A stretch of 64,000 bases of DNA, taken from positions 2,767,465 through 2,831,464 of the forward strand of contig CAWGAA010000001.1 in assembly GCA_963820525.1 (NCBI GenBank). The letters run 5' to 3'. Both the position numbers and the translations under genes were made by a program. Every line of letters starts with the position of its first letter. The first letter of the stretch is position 1. The notes beneath the pieces are model-generated. The model made no database searches. It saw only the letters and a program-made list of their open reading frames with translations, and was not told the DNA's origin. Source of the stretch: an uncultured Spirochaetota bacterium (GTDB lineage: Bacteria > Spirochaetota > Spirochaetia > SZUA-6 > Fen-1364). Shown here piece after piece: positions 1-11,482 of the stretch.

Positions 1-1
1 G

Positions 2-67
2 CGAATTGCGGCCGAAGGCTCCAAGGAAACCGAGGTCATGGCGATCACCGAGGAGGTGTACCGCTGA
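2..67 (+). CDS. 3' end of an unidentified upstream CDS (partial at window edge)
   Basis: Frame-2 reading ...[21 protein letters not shown] ends at TGA 65..67. The stop overlaps the gltD ATG by 1 nt (TGATG), suggesting translational coupling. Too short to name. Confidence 0.3.
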   Translation, partial: RIAAEGSKETEVMAITEEVYR

Positions 68-1497
68 TGGGACACGTCACAGGATTTCTCGACCGAAGCC
101 GCGTGGGCCCTTCCTCCCTTCCCGTTTCCGAGCGGCTGAAGAACTGGAAGGAGTTCACGACGGTCCAGCCCGAAGAGGTGCTGCGCGCCCAGGGCTCCCG
201 CTGCATGGACTGCGGAATCCCGTTCTGCCACTCCTCGGGATGCCCCGTGTACAACCTGATCCCCGAATGGAACGACCTGGTCTACAAGGGAGAATGGTAC
301 GAAGCGTTCGTGCGCCTGGAGCTCACCAACAATCTGCCCGAGATCACGGGGCGCGTCTGTCCGGCCCCCTGCGAGACCGCCTGCACCCTCGCCATAAACT
401 CCAGCCCCGTCACCATCAAGCAGATCGAGCTTGCCATCATAGAAAGGGCGTTCGCATCCGGCTGGGTGGTGCCGCGGCCCCCCCGCGCTCTCAGCGGCCG
501 CTCGGTGGCCGTGGTGGGAAGCGGGCCGGCGGGCCTCTCCGCCGCGCAGCAGCTTCGCCGCGCCGGCCACGAGGTCACGGTATTCGAGCGCTCGCCGCGC
601 GCAGGCGGGCTTCTCCGCTACGGGATTCCCGACTTCAAGCTGGAGAAGAGCGTTCTGGACAGGCGTATCCACCAGATGGAAGCTGAGGGGGTGCGCTTCG
701 AGAACGGGGTGGCCATTGGCGAGGATGTTTCGGCCCGATACCTTCAGCGCTCCTTCGACGCCGTGCTCCTTGCCCTTGGAGCCGGCGAGCCGCGGAACCT
801 CACGGTGCCGGGGCGCGAGCTTTCCGGGATCCACTTCGCGATGGACTACCTCACCCCCTCCAACATGTTCCTGGCAGGGGAGATCCCGGAGAGCGAAACG
901 ATCTCCGCCAGGGACAAGAGGGTGCTCGTCATCGGCGGCGGGGACACGGGCTCCGACTGCGTGGGCACGTCCAACCGGCAGGGCGCGCGCAAGGTCATGC
1001 AGGTGGAGATCATGCCCAAGCCCCCGGAGTGGAACGAGAGCACCAACCCGAGCTGGCCCGCGTGGCCCAATATCCTGCGCACCTCAAGCTCACACGAGGA
1101 AGGCTGCGAGAGGGACTGGGGCATCGACACGAAAAGCTTCGAGGGCGATGGGGGAGCCGTGAAGAAGGCGAACCTGGTCCGCGTCGAATGGAAGAAGCCC
1201 GAGGGGGGAGGGCTGCCGAAGCCCGTGGAGGTTCCCGGAAGCCAATTCAGCGTGGAGGCTGATCTCGTGCTCCTTGCCATGGGATTCGTCCACGTGCGTC
1301 ACACGAAGCTCCTGGAGGACCTGGGGATCGAGTTCGACGCGCGGGGAAACATCCAATGCGGCCCCGACTACTCCACGACCTCTCCCGGGGTCTCCGTCGC
1401 GGGAGACGCCAACACGGGGGCATCCCTGGTGGTGCGGGCGATCTTCCACGGCCGGGAGGCGGCCAAGGCCATCGACGGGAGGCTGAAGGGCTCATGA
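67..1497 (+). CDS. gltD: Glutamate synthase (NADPH) small subunit, GltD-type Fe-S/FAD oxidoreductase
   Basis: 476-aa ORF. Has an N-terminal Cys-rich region ([18 protein letters not shown]). Two dinucleotide-binding motifs follow ([14 protein letters not shown] and [13 protein letters not shown]). This is the GltD layout. Confidence 0.9.
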   Translation: MGHVTGFLDRSRVGPSSLPVSERLKNWKEFTTVQPEEVLRAQGSRCMDCGIPFCHSSGCPVYNLIPEWNDLVYKGEWYEAFVRLELTNNLPEITGRVCPAPCETACTLAINSSPVTIKQIELAIIERAFASGWVVPRPPRALSGRSVAVVGSGPAGLSAAQQLRRAGHEVTVFERSPRAGGLLRYGIPDFKLEKSVLDRRIHQMEAEGVRFENGVAIGEDVSARYLQRSFDAVLLALGAGEPRNLTVPGRELSGIHFAMDYLTPSNMFLAGEIPESETISARDKRVLVIGGGDTGSDCVGTSNRQGARKVMQVEIMPKPPEWNESTNPSWPAWPNILRTSSSHEEGCERDWGIDTKSFEGDGGAVKKANLVRVEWKKPEGGGLPKPVEVPGSQFSVEADLVLLAMGFVHVRHTKLLEDLGIEFDARGNIQCGPDYSTTSPGVSVAGDANTGASLVVRAIFHGREAAKAIDGRLKGS

Positions 1498-1530
1498 GAG
1501 TGCGGCGGGCGGCCCCCCGCATCGCTTTCT

Positions 1531-3705
1531 CTATTCCTTGATCGTGAACTTTTCTATCTCTGCCACCACGGTGCGGATGCACTGCTCGTTTTCAGCGGCG
1601 CGCTCGCTTACGCGTCTCACCGAGGCGTCGATCTGGTCCGCGGCGCCCGCAATTTTCTCCACCTGATCCTTGACCTCGGTCTGGATCTCCCGAAGGCGTC
1701 CAACCTGAGTGAGGATCGTCCCGGTTCCCGATTTCATTTCCGTGGCGCTGGAGTGGACCTCCTGGGTGATCGTGTTGATCTGCCCCAGGGCTTGAAGGAC
1801 CTGGGAGCTTCCCGCGCTCTGCTCCGTCATCGCCATCTTCACGGAATCCACCAGGCCGCTCACCTCCTCGACGGAGGCGAGGATCTTCTCGAAGGCCTTC
1901 TCGGCCGTCGCGGTGGCCTCCACCACGCTGTTGATCGTTTCCTTCATCTCGGTGAGCCCCTTGGTCGTGTCCCGCGACTGGGCTCCGGCCTGCTCCGCGA
2001 GCTTTCTGATCTCGTCCGCAACGACGGCGAAGCCCTTTCCATACTCCCCCGCGTGCGCCGCTTCGATGGAGGCGTTCATGGACAGCAGGTTGGTCTGCGC
2101 CGCGAAAGAGGCGATGAGCTGGTTGGCCTCCAGGAGAGTCTCGGACTGGCTCGATATCGAGGCGGCCCAGTTGTTCGCCTCTTCGATCCTGGCCACCCCC
2201 TCGTCGGAGGCTTCGGCCAGGGCCTTGAAGCGCTGGCTCACCTTGTCCATGTTCTGGCTCATCGAGCGGATGTTGGCCACCATCTGCTGGATGGACGCCG
2301 AGGACTCCAGGACCGCCGAGGATTGATTTCCTATCATGCCGCTCAGGCCGCCGATATTGCGGGAGATCTGCTCCACGGCGGCCGAGGTCTCCTGCACGCT
2401 CTCGGACTGGACGTCGATCCTGTCCCTCACGCTCTTGACGTGGCCCGTGACGACGGCCAGGGATGAGGCTGTCTTTCCCATGTCAGAGGCAAGCTCCGTC
2501 CCCACGGTGGAAAGCTGCGTCGCGGCGTTCCTGATCTGGGCGATCATCGAGGAGAGCTTCGTTGCGAGCGAGTTGAAGCTCTCCGCCAGGGCGCCGACCT
2601 CGTCGCGGCCCACCACTCGAACCTGCTGCCTCAAATCCCCGGCGGAGAGATCCGCGAAGGAGCGGGTGATGGTCTTCAGGGGCGCCGTGATGCGCGAGGC
2701 GACGAAAACCGAGAAGACCGCGAGCGCCGCGATGATGAGGAGCGATGCGCCCACGATGAAGAGGACGATCCTCGTCGAGCTCTCGTAGAGCTCCGAGGTG
2801 GAAACCGAGACGCTGAGGGCCCACCTCTGTCCCGTATCGGCAAGATCGATGGGAACAATGGTGCGAAAGAGGCTCGCCGCACCGCCGGAGGAGGCGAGGG
2901 TGACGGTGACGGGCTTCCCTTCGGCAAGGCAGCGGGTGATCGCATCGGCGCCTTGCGGCGAGTCGGTCTCCTGGATGCTCTTTGCCAGCTCATCCGTGTC
3001 GCGGCTGGCGACAATAAGGCCGCTCTGAGAAACGACGTCGGAGGAGCCGGTGCGGAAGTGCTCGATTTCAGTCACGAGGCCGGAGAGGGTCTCAAGCGAT
3101 ATATCCACTCCCGAGACCCCGAAGAAGTTCCCCGAGGGATCGTGAAGCGGGATGCACGCCGACGTCTCCAGAACGAAGGTCCCCTTTTCGGTCTCGTCCT
3201 TGTAGGGATCGAGGAACAGGCTCTTGTTCTCTTTCTTCGGGAGGGCGAAGTAATCCTTTGCGATCTCGGCGGCATATTCCGCGGCGCCGTCGCTGTCCGA
3301 AGAGCCCACTTTGCCTTCCTTCCTCCAGGCGTACGGGACGAATTGCTCTCCCGCACCCAGGCCCTTGTCCCAGGCGTTGGGCTCGAACACGCACCAGGCG
3401 GCAAGCAGATCCGCGTGCGCGGCAAGCTCGTCGCGGAAGATCCCCATCAGCGTGGTCCGATCCTTGACTCCGGAAGCCCGAAGCGATTCGACCGTCGCCG
3501 CGATGGTCTGTGCCGTCTGCGACGCGGCCGAGAGCAACCCGCTCACCTTCTCTGCGTTTGTCTGGGCGCTCTGCAGTGCGCTCAAGCGGGCTTCATCCAG
3601 CAGGCTCGAAGTGACCATCCATCCGATGAGCAGGCAGGTTCCCGCGAACAGCAGCACCGCAATGGGAAGGAGTGAGAGGAGGATGCGCGCTCGTAATGAT
3701 TTCAT
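1531..3705 (-). CDS. Methyl-accepting chemotaxis protein with Cache-like periplasmic sensor and HAMP domain
   Basis: Track ORF 1531..3720 starts at TTG. The first ATG (MKSLRARI) at 3705 follows a GAAGGGA SD-like motif. Two TM segments flank a sensor of ~280 aa. The conserved MCP signalling hairpin [33 protein letters not shown] is present. Confidence 0.9.
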   Translation of the reverse strand: MKSLRARILLSLLPIAVLLFAGTCLLIGWMVTSSLLDEARLSALQSAQTNAEKVSGLLSAASQTAQTIAATVESLRASGVKDRTTLMGIFRDELAAHADLLAAWCVFEPNAWDKGLGAGEQFVPYAWRKEGKVGSSDSDGAAEYAAEIAKDYFALPKKENKSLFLDPYKDETEKGTFVLETSACIPLHDPSGNFFGVSGVDISLETLSGLVTEIEHFRTGSSDVVSQSGLIVASRDTDELAKSIQETDSPQGADAITRCLAEGKPVTVTLASSGGAASLFRTIVPIDLADTGQRWALSVSVSTSELYESSTRIVLFIVGASLLIIAALAVFSVFVASRITAPLKTITRSFADLSAGDLRQQVRVVGRDEVGALAESFNSLATKLSSMIAQIRNAATQLSTVGTELASDMGKTASSLAVVTGHVKSVRDRIDVQSESVQETSAAVEQISRNIGGLSGMIGNQSSAVLESSASIQQMVANIRSMSQNMDKVSQRFKALAEASDEGVARIEEANNWAASISSQSETLLEANQLIASFAAQTNLLSMNASIEAAHAGEYGKGFAVVADEIRKLAEQAGAQSRDTTKGLTEMKETINSVVEATATAEKAFEKILASVEEVSGLVDSVKMAMTEQSAGSSQVLQALGQINTITQEVHSSATEMKSGTGTILTQVGRLREIQTEVKDQVEKIAGAADQIDASVRRVSERAAENEQCIRTVVAEIEKFTIKE

Positions 3706-3768
3706 TCCAGTTCCCTTCAACCTTTTAGTTTATCGGCGATTCCCGATTCGCTGTCAACGGAGGACGGC

Positions 3769-4383
3769 TCACCCCCGGGAGAAGCCCCGGAGGTAGGGGA
3801 TTCGGGCGGCTGTCTCGCGGATGAGCGGGAGGTTGGCCAGGAGCACGCCCGTGGTGTCCCACCGGCCGCTTGAGAGCATCTTCCGGTCTCCCTCGGGCAT
3901 GTCGCAGGGGAAGCACTCTTCAAGGACGCTGATTTCCTTTGACTCGAGGTCTATCGTTATGAGCGCATCCGGGTCGCGGCTGACGATCTCCATGAGCCTG
4001 TCCACGGCGCTTCTGTCCGCCCGAACGGCCGGAATGCCGATGGCGGTGCAGTTGCCGCTGAATATCTCGGCAAAGGATTCCCCGATCAGGGCCTGGATTC
4101 CCCAGCGCATGAGGGATTGGGGCGCATGCTCGCGGGAAGAGCCGCAGCCGAAGTTCTTGTTGACGATGAGGATCCCTGCCCCCTGATAGCGGGGGTCGTT
4201 GAAGGGATGCGTGCGCATCCTCCCGCCTTCATCGAAGCGCTCGTCGGCAAAGGCGTGGCTTCCCAGATCGGTAAAAGTCACCGTCGTGAGATAGCGCGCC
4301 GGGATGATCCTGTCGGTGTCGATGTCGTCTCCGGGGAGGGGCAGACCCCTCGCGCTCACGATCCGCCTTTCAGAGCCGCTCAT
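3769..4383 (-). CDS. leuD: 3-isopropylmalate dehydratase small subunit
   Basis: Track ORF 3769..4602 is over-extended. The ATG at 4383 gives MSGSERRIV...[15 protein letters not shown], the aconitase swivel-domain motif. It overlaps the leuC stop by 4 nt (ATGA). Confidence 0.9.
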   Translation of the reverse strand: MSGSERRIVSARGLPLPGDDIDTDRIIPARYLTTVTFTDLGSHAFADERFDEGGRMRTHPFNDPRYQGAGILIVNKNFGCGSSREHAPQSLMRWGIQALIGESFAEIFSGNCTAIGIPAVRADRSAVDRLMEIVSRDPDALITIDLESKEISVLEECFPCDMPEGDRKMLSSGRWDTTGVLLANLPLIRETAARIPYLRGFSRG

Positions 4384-5801
4384 GTCGATGGCTCCTTTCC
4401 CGCGGGGAGGAGCCGCGCGTCGGTGACCTCGCCCGCCACCGCGGCGGCGGCCACCATGGCGGGGCTCATGAGGAGGGTCCGTCCCGTCGGGGAGCCCTGA
4501 CGGCCGATGAAGTTCCTGTTGGAGGAGCTGGCACAGACCTGGCGGCCCACCAGGCGGTCGGGATTCATCGCCAGGCACATCGAGCAGCCGGCCCCCCGCC
4601 ACTGGAATCCGGCCTGGCGGAAGATCTCGTCGAGCCCTTCGGCTTCCGCCTGCACGGCAACCTGCGCGGAGCCCGGTACTACCATGGCTTTCACGTGCGG
4701 CGCCACGCGCCTGCCCCTGGCCACTTCCGCGGCTTCCCTGAGGTCGCTCAACCTGCCGTTGGTGCAGGAGCCGATGAAGGCCACGTCGATCTTCAAACCC
4801 GCCAGGGGCGTTCCCTCTTGGAAGCCGGTATGTTCGTAGGCTTTACGGACAACCTCCCGTTCCCCGGGAGGGAGGTCCGCGAGGCGCGGCAGCCTTCCCG
4901 TCACTCCCACCGCCTGGCCGGGGTTGATCCCCCAGGCTACCGTCGGCTCGAGACCCGCCCCGTCGAGGCGGAATACGTCGTCGTAGGAGGCATCGCCGTC
5001 CGAAGCGATTTCTTTCCAGAAGCGCCGCGCCGCGGCAAGCTCCTCTCCCTTGGGGGCGAAGGGGCGGCCCTCGATGTACCGGAAGGTCGTCTCGTCGGGG
5101 TTTACATAGCCCACGCGCGCTCCGCCCTCGATGCTCATGTTGCAGATCGTCATGCGGGCTTCCATATCGAGAGCCTCGATTGCGGGTCCGCAGTACTCGT
5201 AGGCAAAACCGATCCCTCCCTTGACTCCGAGACGGGAGATGATGGCGAGGATGATGTCCTTGGCGTACACCCCCCGCGGAAGGCGGCCCGACACCTCGAT
5301 CCGGCGGACCTTTGGCCGGGAAAGCGCGAGGGTCTGCGTGGCCAGGACGTCGCGGATCTGGGAGGTCCCGATCCCGAAGGCGAGGGCCCCCAGCGCCCCA
5401 TGGGTGGAGGTATGGGAGTCTCCGCAGGCGATGACCATCCCGGGCTGGGTGAGCCCCAGCTCCGGCCCGATGATGTGGACGATGCCCTGGTACGGGGAGT
5501 CCAGCCCGAAGAAGCGGATGCCGTGCTCGCGGGTGTTCGCCTCTATTGCCTGGAGCATCTCCTCTGCCTGGGGATCGCCAAGGGGCCGCGTGCGCAGGTC
5601 CGTGGGCACGATGTGATCCACGGTTGCCACCGTCCTGTCGGCGAACAGCACGGGCAGGCCCCTGTCCTTCAGCATCTGGAACGCCTGCGGCGAGGTGACC
5701 TCATGGACGAGGTGCAGCCCGACGAAGATCTGGTCCTGGCCCGAGGGAAGAGTGGCTACCTTGTGCAGCGCCCAGACCTTCTCCAGAAGGTTTTTTCCCA
5801 T
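4380..5801 (-). CDS. leuC: 3-isopropylmalate dehydratase large subunit
   Basis: 473 aa. Carries aconitase-family Fe-S ligand motifs ([21 protein letters not shown]). An AAGGAG SD lies upstream of the ATG. Confidence 0.92.
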   Translation of the reverse strand: MGKNLLEKVWALHKVATLPSGQDQIFVGLHLVHEVTSPQAFQMLKDRGLPVLFADRTVATVDHIVPTDLRTRPLGDPQAEEMLQAIEANTREHGIRFFGLDSPYQGIVHIIGPELGLTQPGMVIACGDSHTSTHGALGALAFGIGTSQIRDVLATQTLALSRPKVRRIEVSGRLPRGVYAKDIILAIISRLGVKGGIGFAYEYCGPAIEALDMEARMTICNMSIEGGARVGYVNPDETTFRYIEGRPFAPKGEELAAARRFWKEIASDGDASYDDVFRLDGAGLEPTVAWGINPGQAVGVTGRLPRLADLPPGEREVVRKAYEHTGFQEGTPLAGLKIDVAFIGSCTNGRLSDLREAAEVARGRRVAPHVKAMVVPGSAQVAVQAEAEGLDEIFRQAGFQWRGAGCSMCLAMNPDRLVGRQVCASSSNRNFIGRQGSPTGRTLLMSPAMVAAAAVAGEVTDARLLPAGKEPST

Positions 5802-5810
5802 GGCGGCTCC

Positions 5811-6317
5811 TTACGTGACACCCTCACCGCGAGCGATGAGAAGCTTTCCCGAGCGCACCAGCTCCACGACCCCATAGGGATCCAGCATCTTTCTGAGGGC
5901 ATCGAGCTTCTCGGTGGAGCCGGTTGCCTGGAGCGTGATGGTGCTCTCGCTCAAATCCATGATCCGGCAGCCGAACGCATGGGCGATGTCCATGATCTCG
6001 GTCCGCTTGGCGGCGGTGCATTTGAGCTTGACCAGGGCAAGCTCCCTCTGGATGGTCTCCCGGCCCGAGTACTCCTTGGCATGGATCACGTCCACGAGCT
6101 TGTTCAGCTGCTTGAGGATATGCCCCAGGGTTTTTTCGTCACCTGTGGCCACAATGTTCATGTGGGAGAATCCGGGGTCCTGCCCTTCCGATACGACGAG
6201 GCTGTCCACATTGTAGCCGCGGCGGGCGAACACGAGGGCGATCCGATTCAGCACCCCGGGCTTGTTGGACACGTACAGGCTTATTGCGTGCTTCTTCGTC
6301 CGCGGCGGGGCGCTCAC
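5811..6317 (-). CDS. ilvN: Acetolactate synthase small (regulatory) subunit
   Basis: 168 aa. ACT-domain start ISLYVSNKPGVLNRIALVFARRGYNVDSL. GTG start overlaps the ilvB stop (GTGA). Confidence 0.88.
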   Translation of the reverse strand: MSAPPRTKKHAISLYVSNKPGVLNRIALVFARRGYNVDSLVVSEGQDPGFSHMNIVATGDEKTLGHILKQLNKLVDVIHAKEYSGRETIQRELALVKLKCTAAKRTEIMDIAHAFGCRIMDLSESTITLQATGSTEKLDALRKMLDPYGVVELVRSGKLLIARGEGVT

Positions 6318-8014
6318 GTGGCGGCCCTCGCGCGCGGGGGCTCGATTATCATTTCGGAGAGAGAAGCCCCGGCGGGAATCATGGGAAACACATTGTCTTC
6401 CTTGCAGACCTCCGCGTCCACGACGCAGGGCCCCTCGTTGTACTGGAGTGCTGCGGTGAGCACGCGTCGTATGTCCGCAGTTCGCCTGATGCGGAAGGCT
6501 TTGCAGCCGTAGCTTTCGGCAAGCTTCACGAAATCGGGGTTTCCCACAAGGTCAACGCCGGAGAGACGGTTTTCATAGAAGAGGTTCTGCCACTGGCGGA
6601 CCATCCCGAGGTAGCGGTTGTTGATGATCAGGATCTTCACGGGGAGCTTGTAGGTGGCCGCGGTGGCTAGTTCCGCCATCGTCATCTGGAAGCCCCCGTC
6701 TCCGACAATTGCCACCACGAGGTCCTTCGGCCGGGCGAACTGCGCCCCGATGGCGGCGGGAAAACCGAATCCCATCGTTCCCGCGCCTCCCGAGGTGATC
6801 CAGTGGAACCTCTGGTCCGTTTTGTAGAACTGCGCCGCCCACATCTGGTGCTGGCCGACGTCCGTTGTCACGAAGGCTTTCCCGCCGGTGAGGGTGTACA
6901 TCTCGTCGATGACGGCCTGGGCCTTGAGCTTTCCGTTCCTCTTGTATTTCAAAGGATAGGCCTTCTTCCAGCCTTCGATGGTGGAAAGCCACTCCTCGGT
7001 ATCTCCCGGGCGTGCCCGCTGGACGATCTGCCCCACCACGCGCCGCGCGTCTCCCACGATTCCCACGTCGACCTGGATGACCTTGTTGATCTCCGCGGGG
7101 TCGATATCGACATGGATCTTCACCGCATCGCGGCAGAAATCCTCCGTGCGCCCCGTGATCCGGTCGTCCCAGCGGGAGCCGACGGACATGACGAGGTCGC
7201 AGTCCGCCACGGCCTTGTTCGCGTAGGCGGTGCCGTGCATTCCGAGCATTCCCAGGCTGAGCTCATGCGTCTCGGGGAAGCATCCCTTTCCCAGGAGGGT
7301 ATTGGTCACCGGGATGCGCATTTTCTGGGCAAGCTCGATCACCTCTGCCTCGGCCCCGGAGATCACGGCGCCGTGGCCCACCAGGATCACGGGGCGCTTC
7401 GCCTTGGCCAGAAGGTCCGCCGCCCTTTCGATGGAGGAGGGATCGCCCTCCTCCGGCACGGAGTAGCCGGGGAGGTGGAACTCCTCGTCGTAACGGGGGC
7501 ACATGCTCGCCTGGGAGACGTCCTTGGGCACGTCCACCAGCACGGGTCCCGGCCGCCCGGTCTGCGAGAGGAAGAATGCTTCCCGCAGCACGCGGGGCAG
7601 ATCCTCCACGCGATGCACGAGGTAGGAGTGCTTCACCACCGGAAGCGAGATTCCTGAAACATCGGCTTCTTGAAAGGTGTCCAGCCCGAGGTTGAAGGTG
7701 GACTGCTGCCCCGTGATGATCACCATGGGCACCGAATCCATCTGGGCCGTGAGGATGCCGGTGATCGTATTGGTGGCCCCCGGCCCCGAGGTGACAAGCA
7801 CGACGGCGGGCTTTCCACTGGCGCGGGCGAAGCCGTCCGCCATGTGTGTGGCTCCCTGCTCGTGGCGCGTGAGAATGTGCTCGAGGGGAGAGCCGACGAG
7901 CGCGTCGAAGATGGGAATGGCTGCGCCGCCGGGCAGGCCGAAAACGTAGCGGACCCCCTGCTGTGCTATCACGTCGACTATTATCTGTGCTCCGGTTCGG
8001 GTGAGTTCGCTCAT
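6314..8014 (-). CDS. ilvB: Acetolactate synthase large (catalytic) subunit, ThDP-dependent
   Basis: 566 aa. ThDP-binding motif GDGGFQM...NN and typical AHAS N-terminal, FAD and PP domains. AGGTGG SD upstream. Confidence 0.92.
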   Translation of the reverse strand: MSELTRTGAQIIVDVIAQQGVRYVFGLPGGAAIPIFDALVGSPLEHILTRHEQGATHMADGFARASGKPAVVLVTSGPGATNTITGILTAQMDSVPMVIITGQQSTFNLGLDTFQEADVSGISLPVVKHSYLVHRVEDLPRVLREAFFLSQTGRPGPVLVDVPKDVSQASMCPRYDEEFHLPGYSVPEEGDPSSIERAADLLAKAKRPVILVGHGAVISGAEAEVIELAQKMRIPVTNTLLGKGCFPETHELSLGMLGMHGTAYANKAVADCDLVMSVGSRWDDRITGRTEDFCRDAVKIHVDIDPAEINKVIQVDVGIVGDARRVVGQIVQRARPGDTEEWLSTIEGWKKAYPLKYKRNGKLKAQAVIDEMYTLTGGKAFVTTDVGQHQMWAAQFYKTDQRFHWITSGGAGTMGFGFPAAIGAQFARPKDLVVAIVGDGGFQMTMAELATAATYKLPVKILIINNRYLGMVRQWQNLFYENRLSGVDLVGNPDFVKLAESYGCKAFRIRRTADIRRVLTAALQYNEGPCVVDAEVCKEDNVFPMIPAGASLSEMIIEPPRARAAT

Positions 8015-8117
8015 TTTCCACCTATTGGGCTATAAAGTAGTAACCATCCCGGCGGGAGACAACAGCGAAATCTATCCGCAGACGCCGGCGGGGTAGGGAC
8101 ATCGCGGCAGCCACGGC

Positions 8118-9629
8118 TTACAGTGAATATATCTCGCTGTACTTCGAAGTGAGGTAGCGCATGTAGGGCTCGATGTCGAGCGGCCCGCCCGCCGCCCGCT
8201 CGATGAGCTCCGCCGGGGTGAACGCAGCCCCATGGCGATAGAGGTTTTCACCAAGCCAGCCAAAGAGCTCTTCGAAGCCCCCGTTTTCGATCCGTGATGG
8301 GATTTCGGGGCGGGCGGCGACCGCCGCCTCGAAGAGCTGGGCGGACAGCACGTTTCCCATGGTGTAGCCCTGGAAGGCGCCGCCGATCAGGCCTCCGTAC
8401 CAGTGCACGTCCTGAAGCGCTCCGTCCTTGTCGTCCGGCGGCACGAGCCCCAGGTCCCGGCGGTAGCGCTCGCGCCAGGCGTCGGGAAGGTCGGCGGCTG
8501 CGAGCTTCCCCTCCAGGAGGTCGAGCTCCAGGTCGAAGCGGACCATGACGTGCAGGTTGTACGTCACCTCGTCGGCGTCCGTCCTGATGAGCGAAGGCTC
8601 CACCTTGTTGATGGCGCGATAGAAATCCGCAAGCGTCACGGAACCGAGCTGTGCCGGAAAGAGGGAAGAAAGCCTGGGGAAAAAGAAGCTCCAGAACGCG
8701 CGGCTTTTTCCCACCATGTTCTCCCACAGGCGCGACTGGCTTTCATGCACCCCGGAGGATACCCCGCGGGCGAGGGGCGTGCCCTCGAAGGAGGGATCAA
8801 CGCCCTGCTCGTACATTGCGTGACCCGCCTCGTGGAGGGTGCTGAACAGGGCGTCTGAAATCGTGGATTCCCGCACACGCGTGGTTATGCGGACGTCGCC
8901 AATGGAGAACCTGGTTGTGAAGGGGTGAGGCGATCTGTCCAGCCGCCCGCGCTCGATATCGAAGCCGAATCGGCGAACCACATCCAGGCCGAACTCGACC
9001 TGCTGTGCCTCGGGAAAAGTGCCGCGCAGGCAGGATGTGTCGATGGGCGGACGCTCGGCGATGGAACGCACGAGGGGGACCAGTCGGGAGCGAAGCTCGC
9101 CGAAGAGCTTTCGAAGCTGGCGGGCAGTAGCGCCCTGGTCCGCCATGTCGATCAAGGGGTCCGCCACGTGATCGTAGCCGGGGAAAAATCCGGCGAACTC
9201 TCGGCTGAGATCGAGTGTCCTCTGGAGATACGGCAGGATGGAAGGGAAGTCATTGTCGGGCCTCGCCCCGGTCCAGGCCATGTAGCTTGCCGAAGTCTGG
9301 CGCGACATCTCGGCCACGAACTCGGGCGGTACCTTTATCGCCTTCTGGTAGTCACGGCGCGTAACGCGGATGAGGGCGGCATCCGGCGAGTCGTAGGGCA
9401 GGCTCCTGGCGTAGGGCTCCAGGGAGTTCAGAAGCTCCCCGATGGCGGGGTGCGTGAGCTTTTCGTGCATCAGCCGGGACAGGGTGGCCAGCTGACGCCC
9501 CCGGGCTTCGGCTCCACCCGGCGGCATGTAGGTGGATTGGTCCCAGCTCAGGAGCGCGCCGGCCGAGTCGAGGTCGTTGATCTCGCGCAGGCGTTCGGTG
9601 AGCTGCTTCAGTCCGGCGTCGCTGCTCAT
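8118..9629 (-). CDS. Carboxypeptidase Taq-type metallopeptidase (family M32)
   Basis: 503 aa. HEAGHAMYEQG zinc motif plus HESQSRLWEN and GGAFQGYTMGN motifs, which I recall as M32 signatures. Confidence 0.88.
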   Translation of the reverse strand: MSSDAGLKQLTERLREINDLDSAGALLSWDQSTYMPPGGAEARGRQLATLSRLMHEKLTHPAIGELLNSLEPYARSLPYDSPDAALIRVTRRDYQKAIKVPPEFVAEMSRQTSASYMAWTGARPDNDFPSILPYLQRTLDLSREFAGFFPGYDHVADPLIDMADQGATARQLRKLFGELRSRLVPLVRSIAERPPIDTSCLRGTFPEAQQVEFGLDVVRRFGFDIERGRLDRSPHPFTTRFSIGDVRITTRVRESTISDALFSTLHEAGHAMYEQGVDPSFEGTPLARGVSSGVHESQSRLWENMVGKSRAFWSFFFPRLSSLFPAQLGSVTLADFYRAINKVEPSLIRTDADEVTYNLHVMVRFDLELDLLEGKLAAADLPDAWRERYRRDLGLVPPDDKDGALQDVHWYGGLIGGAFQGYTMGNVLSAQLFEAAVAARPEIPSRIENGGFEELFGWLGENLYRHGAAFTPAELIERAAGGPLDIEPYMRYLTSKYSEIYSL

Positions 9630-9757
9630 GAGCCAATATAATCGTAAAAAGCCCGACGGCGAAAGGGGACGGCTGCGCAGAGGCGCTGCGATAGGCGGGC
9701 TTTCTCATTTGGCAGGGGCGCCGTTTTATGCTATCCCTCACGTGAGGGAGGCAATCG

Positions 9758-10582
9758 ATGCGAAAAATGATTCTGCTGCTTTCAGCCCTTTTGCTATTGT
9801 TGGCTTCCTGCAGCCGTAAATTCGGCGACATAACCCCCGAGGAATCCATATTCGCGGATACGATGGTAGACATGACCTGGCAGCAGGTGAAGAAGGCCGC
9901 CGACGACAAGGCGATCGTGCTTCTCCCCATAGCCGTGGTGGAAGAACATGGGCCGCAGATGGATCTTTCTCCCGATATCTATCAAACCTGCATCGGTTGC
10001 AGGTACGTGAAGAGAGCTCTCGAGAAAAAAGGCATCCCGGTGATCATAGCCCCTCCCTACTATTGGGGCATGAGCGAAGTGAACAAGCACATTCCCGGGA
10101 CGTTTTCGGTCCGGGCCGATACGTTTACGGCAATGCTTTTCGATATCGTGAGCTCGCTTGAATCATGGGGTTTCACTGAAGTTTTCTGCGCGAACCTGCA
10201 TGGAGATACGACTCATAATGAGGTATTGGATCGGTCCATCACCGAGATAAGAAATGAGCTGAACATAGGCGTGTATAACATTCAGACCATCGGCAAGAGC
10301 CTGGCGAGCCCTCCAAGATTTCTGCCGCCGCGAAGCGGGAAATTCTCGCCGGATTACCATGCGGGTGCGGATGAAACGGCTATAATGCTGTCTTTGTATC
10401 CGCAGAGGGTACGAACGGATATCGCCGAAGGTCTGAAGCCGGAGGCCTCCTTCGATCCGCTGGGCTATGTCGGTGACCCCGCAAGCTATAAGCTGGAGAA
10501 GAACGCCGTCGAGAACTTCAGGATCAATGCCGAGTATGGGGCGCAGCTCATCGAAGCTTTTTTGAAAAAAAGTCGAACCTAG
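9758..10582 (+). CDS. Creatininase-family amidohydrolase with lipoprotein-type signal
   Basis: 274 aa. LLLLASCS lipobox and a VEEHGPQMDL motif resembling the creatinine amidohydrolase family. GAGGGAGG SD lies 6 nt upstream. Confidence 0.7.
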   Translation: MRKMILLLSALLLLLASCSRKFGDITPEESIFADTMVDMTWQQVKKAADDKAIVLLPIAVVEEHGPQMDLSPDIYQTCIGCRYVKRALEKKGIPVIIAPPYYWGMSEVNKHIPGTFSVRADTFTAMLFDIVSSLESWGFTEVFCANLHGDTTHNEVLDRSITEIRNELNIGVYNIQTIGKSLASPPRFLPPRSGKFSPDYHAGADETAIMLSLYPQRVRTDIAEGLKPEASFDPLGYVGDPASYKLEKNAVENFRINAEYGAQLIEAFLKKSRT

Positions 10583-10622
10583 GCCTCCGCGCCAAGGCGC
10601 GCGGCCTCCATCAATTCATGTT

Positions 10623-11462
10623 TCAACCCGCATTCCATTGAATGGGAATGAGCCGGCCTTCGACTTTGTTTCTGAACTTTATAGAAGGATAGCCTACCCC
10701 AAGAAAGCCGAAGATTCTCTCCGATTTCAAGAGATGCAGCTTGTTTCGGAGGGTGCCATCCGCATTCAGAATGGACTGGTTGCCCACGAGGTTCCTGCAT
10801 CCCAGACCGAGCGCCCCCGCCAACAGGGTGATATTGTAAACCGCGTATTGAGCGCTTTCCAGATTGAGCGGTACACGCTTGTCGCCGACAACCATGACGA
10901 AGGCGGGCGGACGACTGCTGAAGACCGATGCACGCGTAATTGCAGTCTCCAGCTTGGGCTTCGTTCTCAGGTATTGCTCGCGCATCGAAGGCTTTGCCAA
11001 GCTCACAAGATGCGTGAAAAGCCTGGGCTTGAAAAAAAGGTTATAGATCCTTGTGGAGAATCTCACCAGAATCCGGTCCATGAGATCAATGATCCCGGGA
11101 TCGTCGATTATCACGATTCGAAATCCATGGCTGTGCGTTGGGGCATAAGCGGCATAGCCCGCCAGGCGTTCGAGTGTCTTGCGGTCCATGGGAGCTTGCC
11201 TGAAGTCTCGGAAAGTCCGTCTTTCCTTGAACAGCTCATCCATCTGCTCTGCTGACGGCATAAGAAGGGGATTGAATCGCTTGGATTCCACCTTGTCCCA
11301 GGCAAGAGCCTGCGAAGGGCAGATTGCTATGCACTGAGAACATGTGCTGCAATACCGGTAGTCGATCTGGATCTTTTTATCGACGACGGACATGCAATGC
11401 TCATGGCAGATCTTTGCGCACGTTCCGCACCCCGTGCATTTCCCGGTATCTCGAACAACCAT
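10623..11462 (-). CDS. Nitroreductase-family protein with N-terminal 2x[4Fe-4S] ferredoxin domain
   Basis: Track ORF 10623..11987 is over-extended into the neighbouring gene. The ATG at 11462 gives MVVRDTGKCTGCGTCAKIC...CSTCSQCIAICP. This is followed by a nitroreductase-like RRTFRDF region. Confidence 0.8.
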   Translation of the reverse strand: MVVRDTGKCTGCGTCAKICHEHCMSVVDKKIQIDYRYCSTCSQCIAICPSQALAWDKVESKRFNPLLMPSAEQMDELFKERRTFRDFRQAPMDRKTLERLAGYAAYAPTHSHGFRIVIIDDPGIIDLMDRILVRFSTRIYNLFFKPRLFTHLVSLAKPSMREQYLRTKPKLETAITRASVFSSRPPAFVMVVGDKRVPLNLESAQYAVYNITLLAGALGLGCRNLVGNQSILNADGTLRNKLHLLKSERIFGFLGVGYPSIKFRNKVEGRLIPIQWNAG

Positions 11463-11482
11463 GCTGTGGCTCGGACTACGTA

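Noticed and set aside
3769-4602. N-terminal extensions of track ORFs (here, and also 10623..11987, 24192..25550, 47698..49086 and 29112..30308)
   Set aside because: The extensions overlap upstream genes or lack homology. SD-supported internal ATG or GTG starts give proteins that begin where the conserved families begin.
4695-6512. 605-aa + strand ORF, the longest unexplained ORF in the track
   Set aside because: It is entirely antisense to leuC and ilvN, which have unambiguous family motifs. It is Arg/Gly/Pro/Ala-rich with no motif. This is a typical shadow ORF of high-GC DNA.
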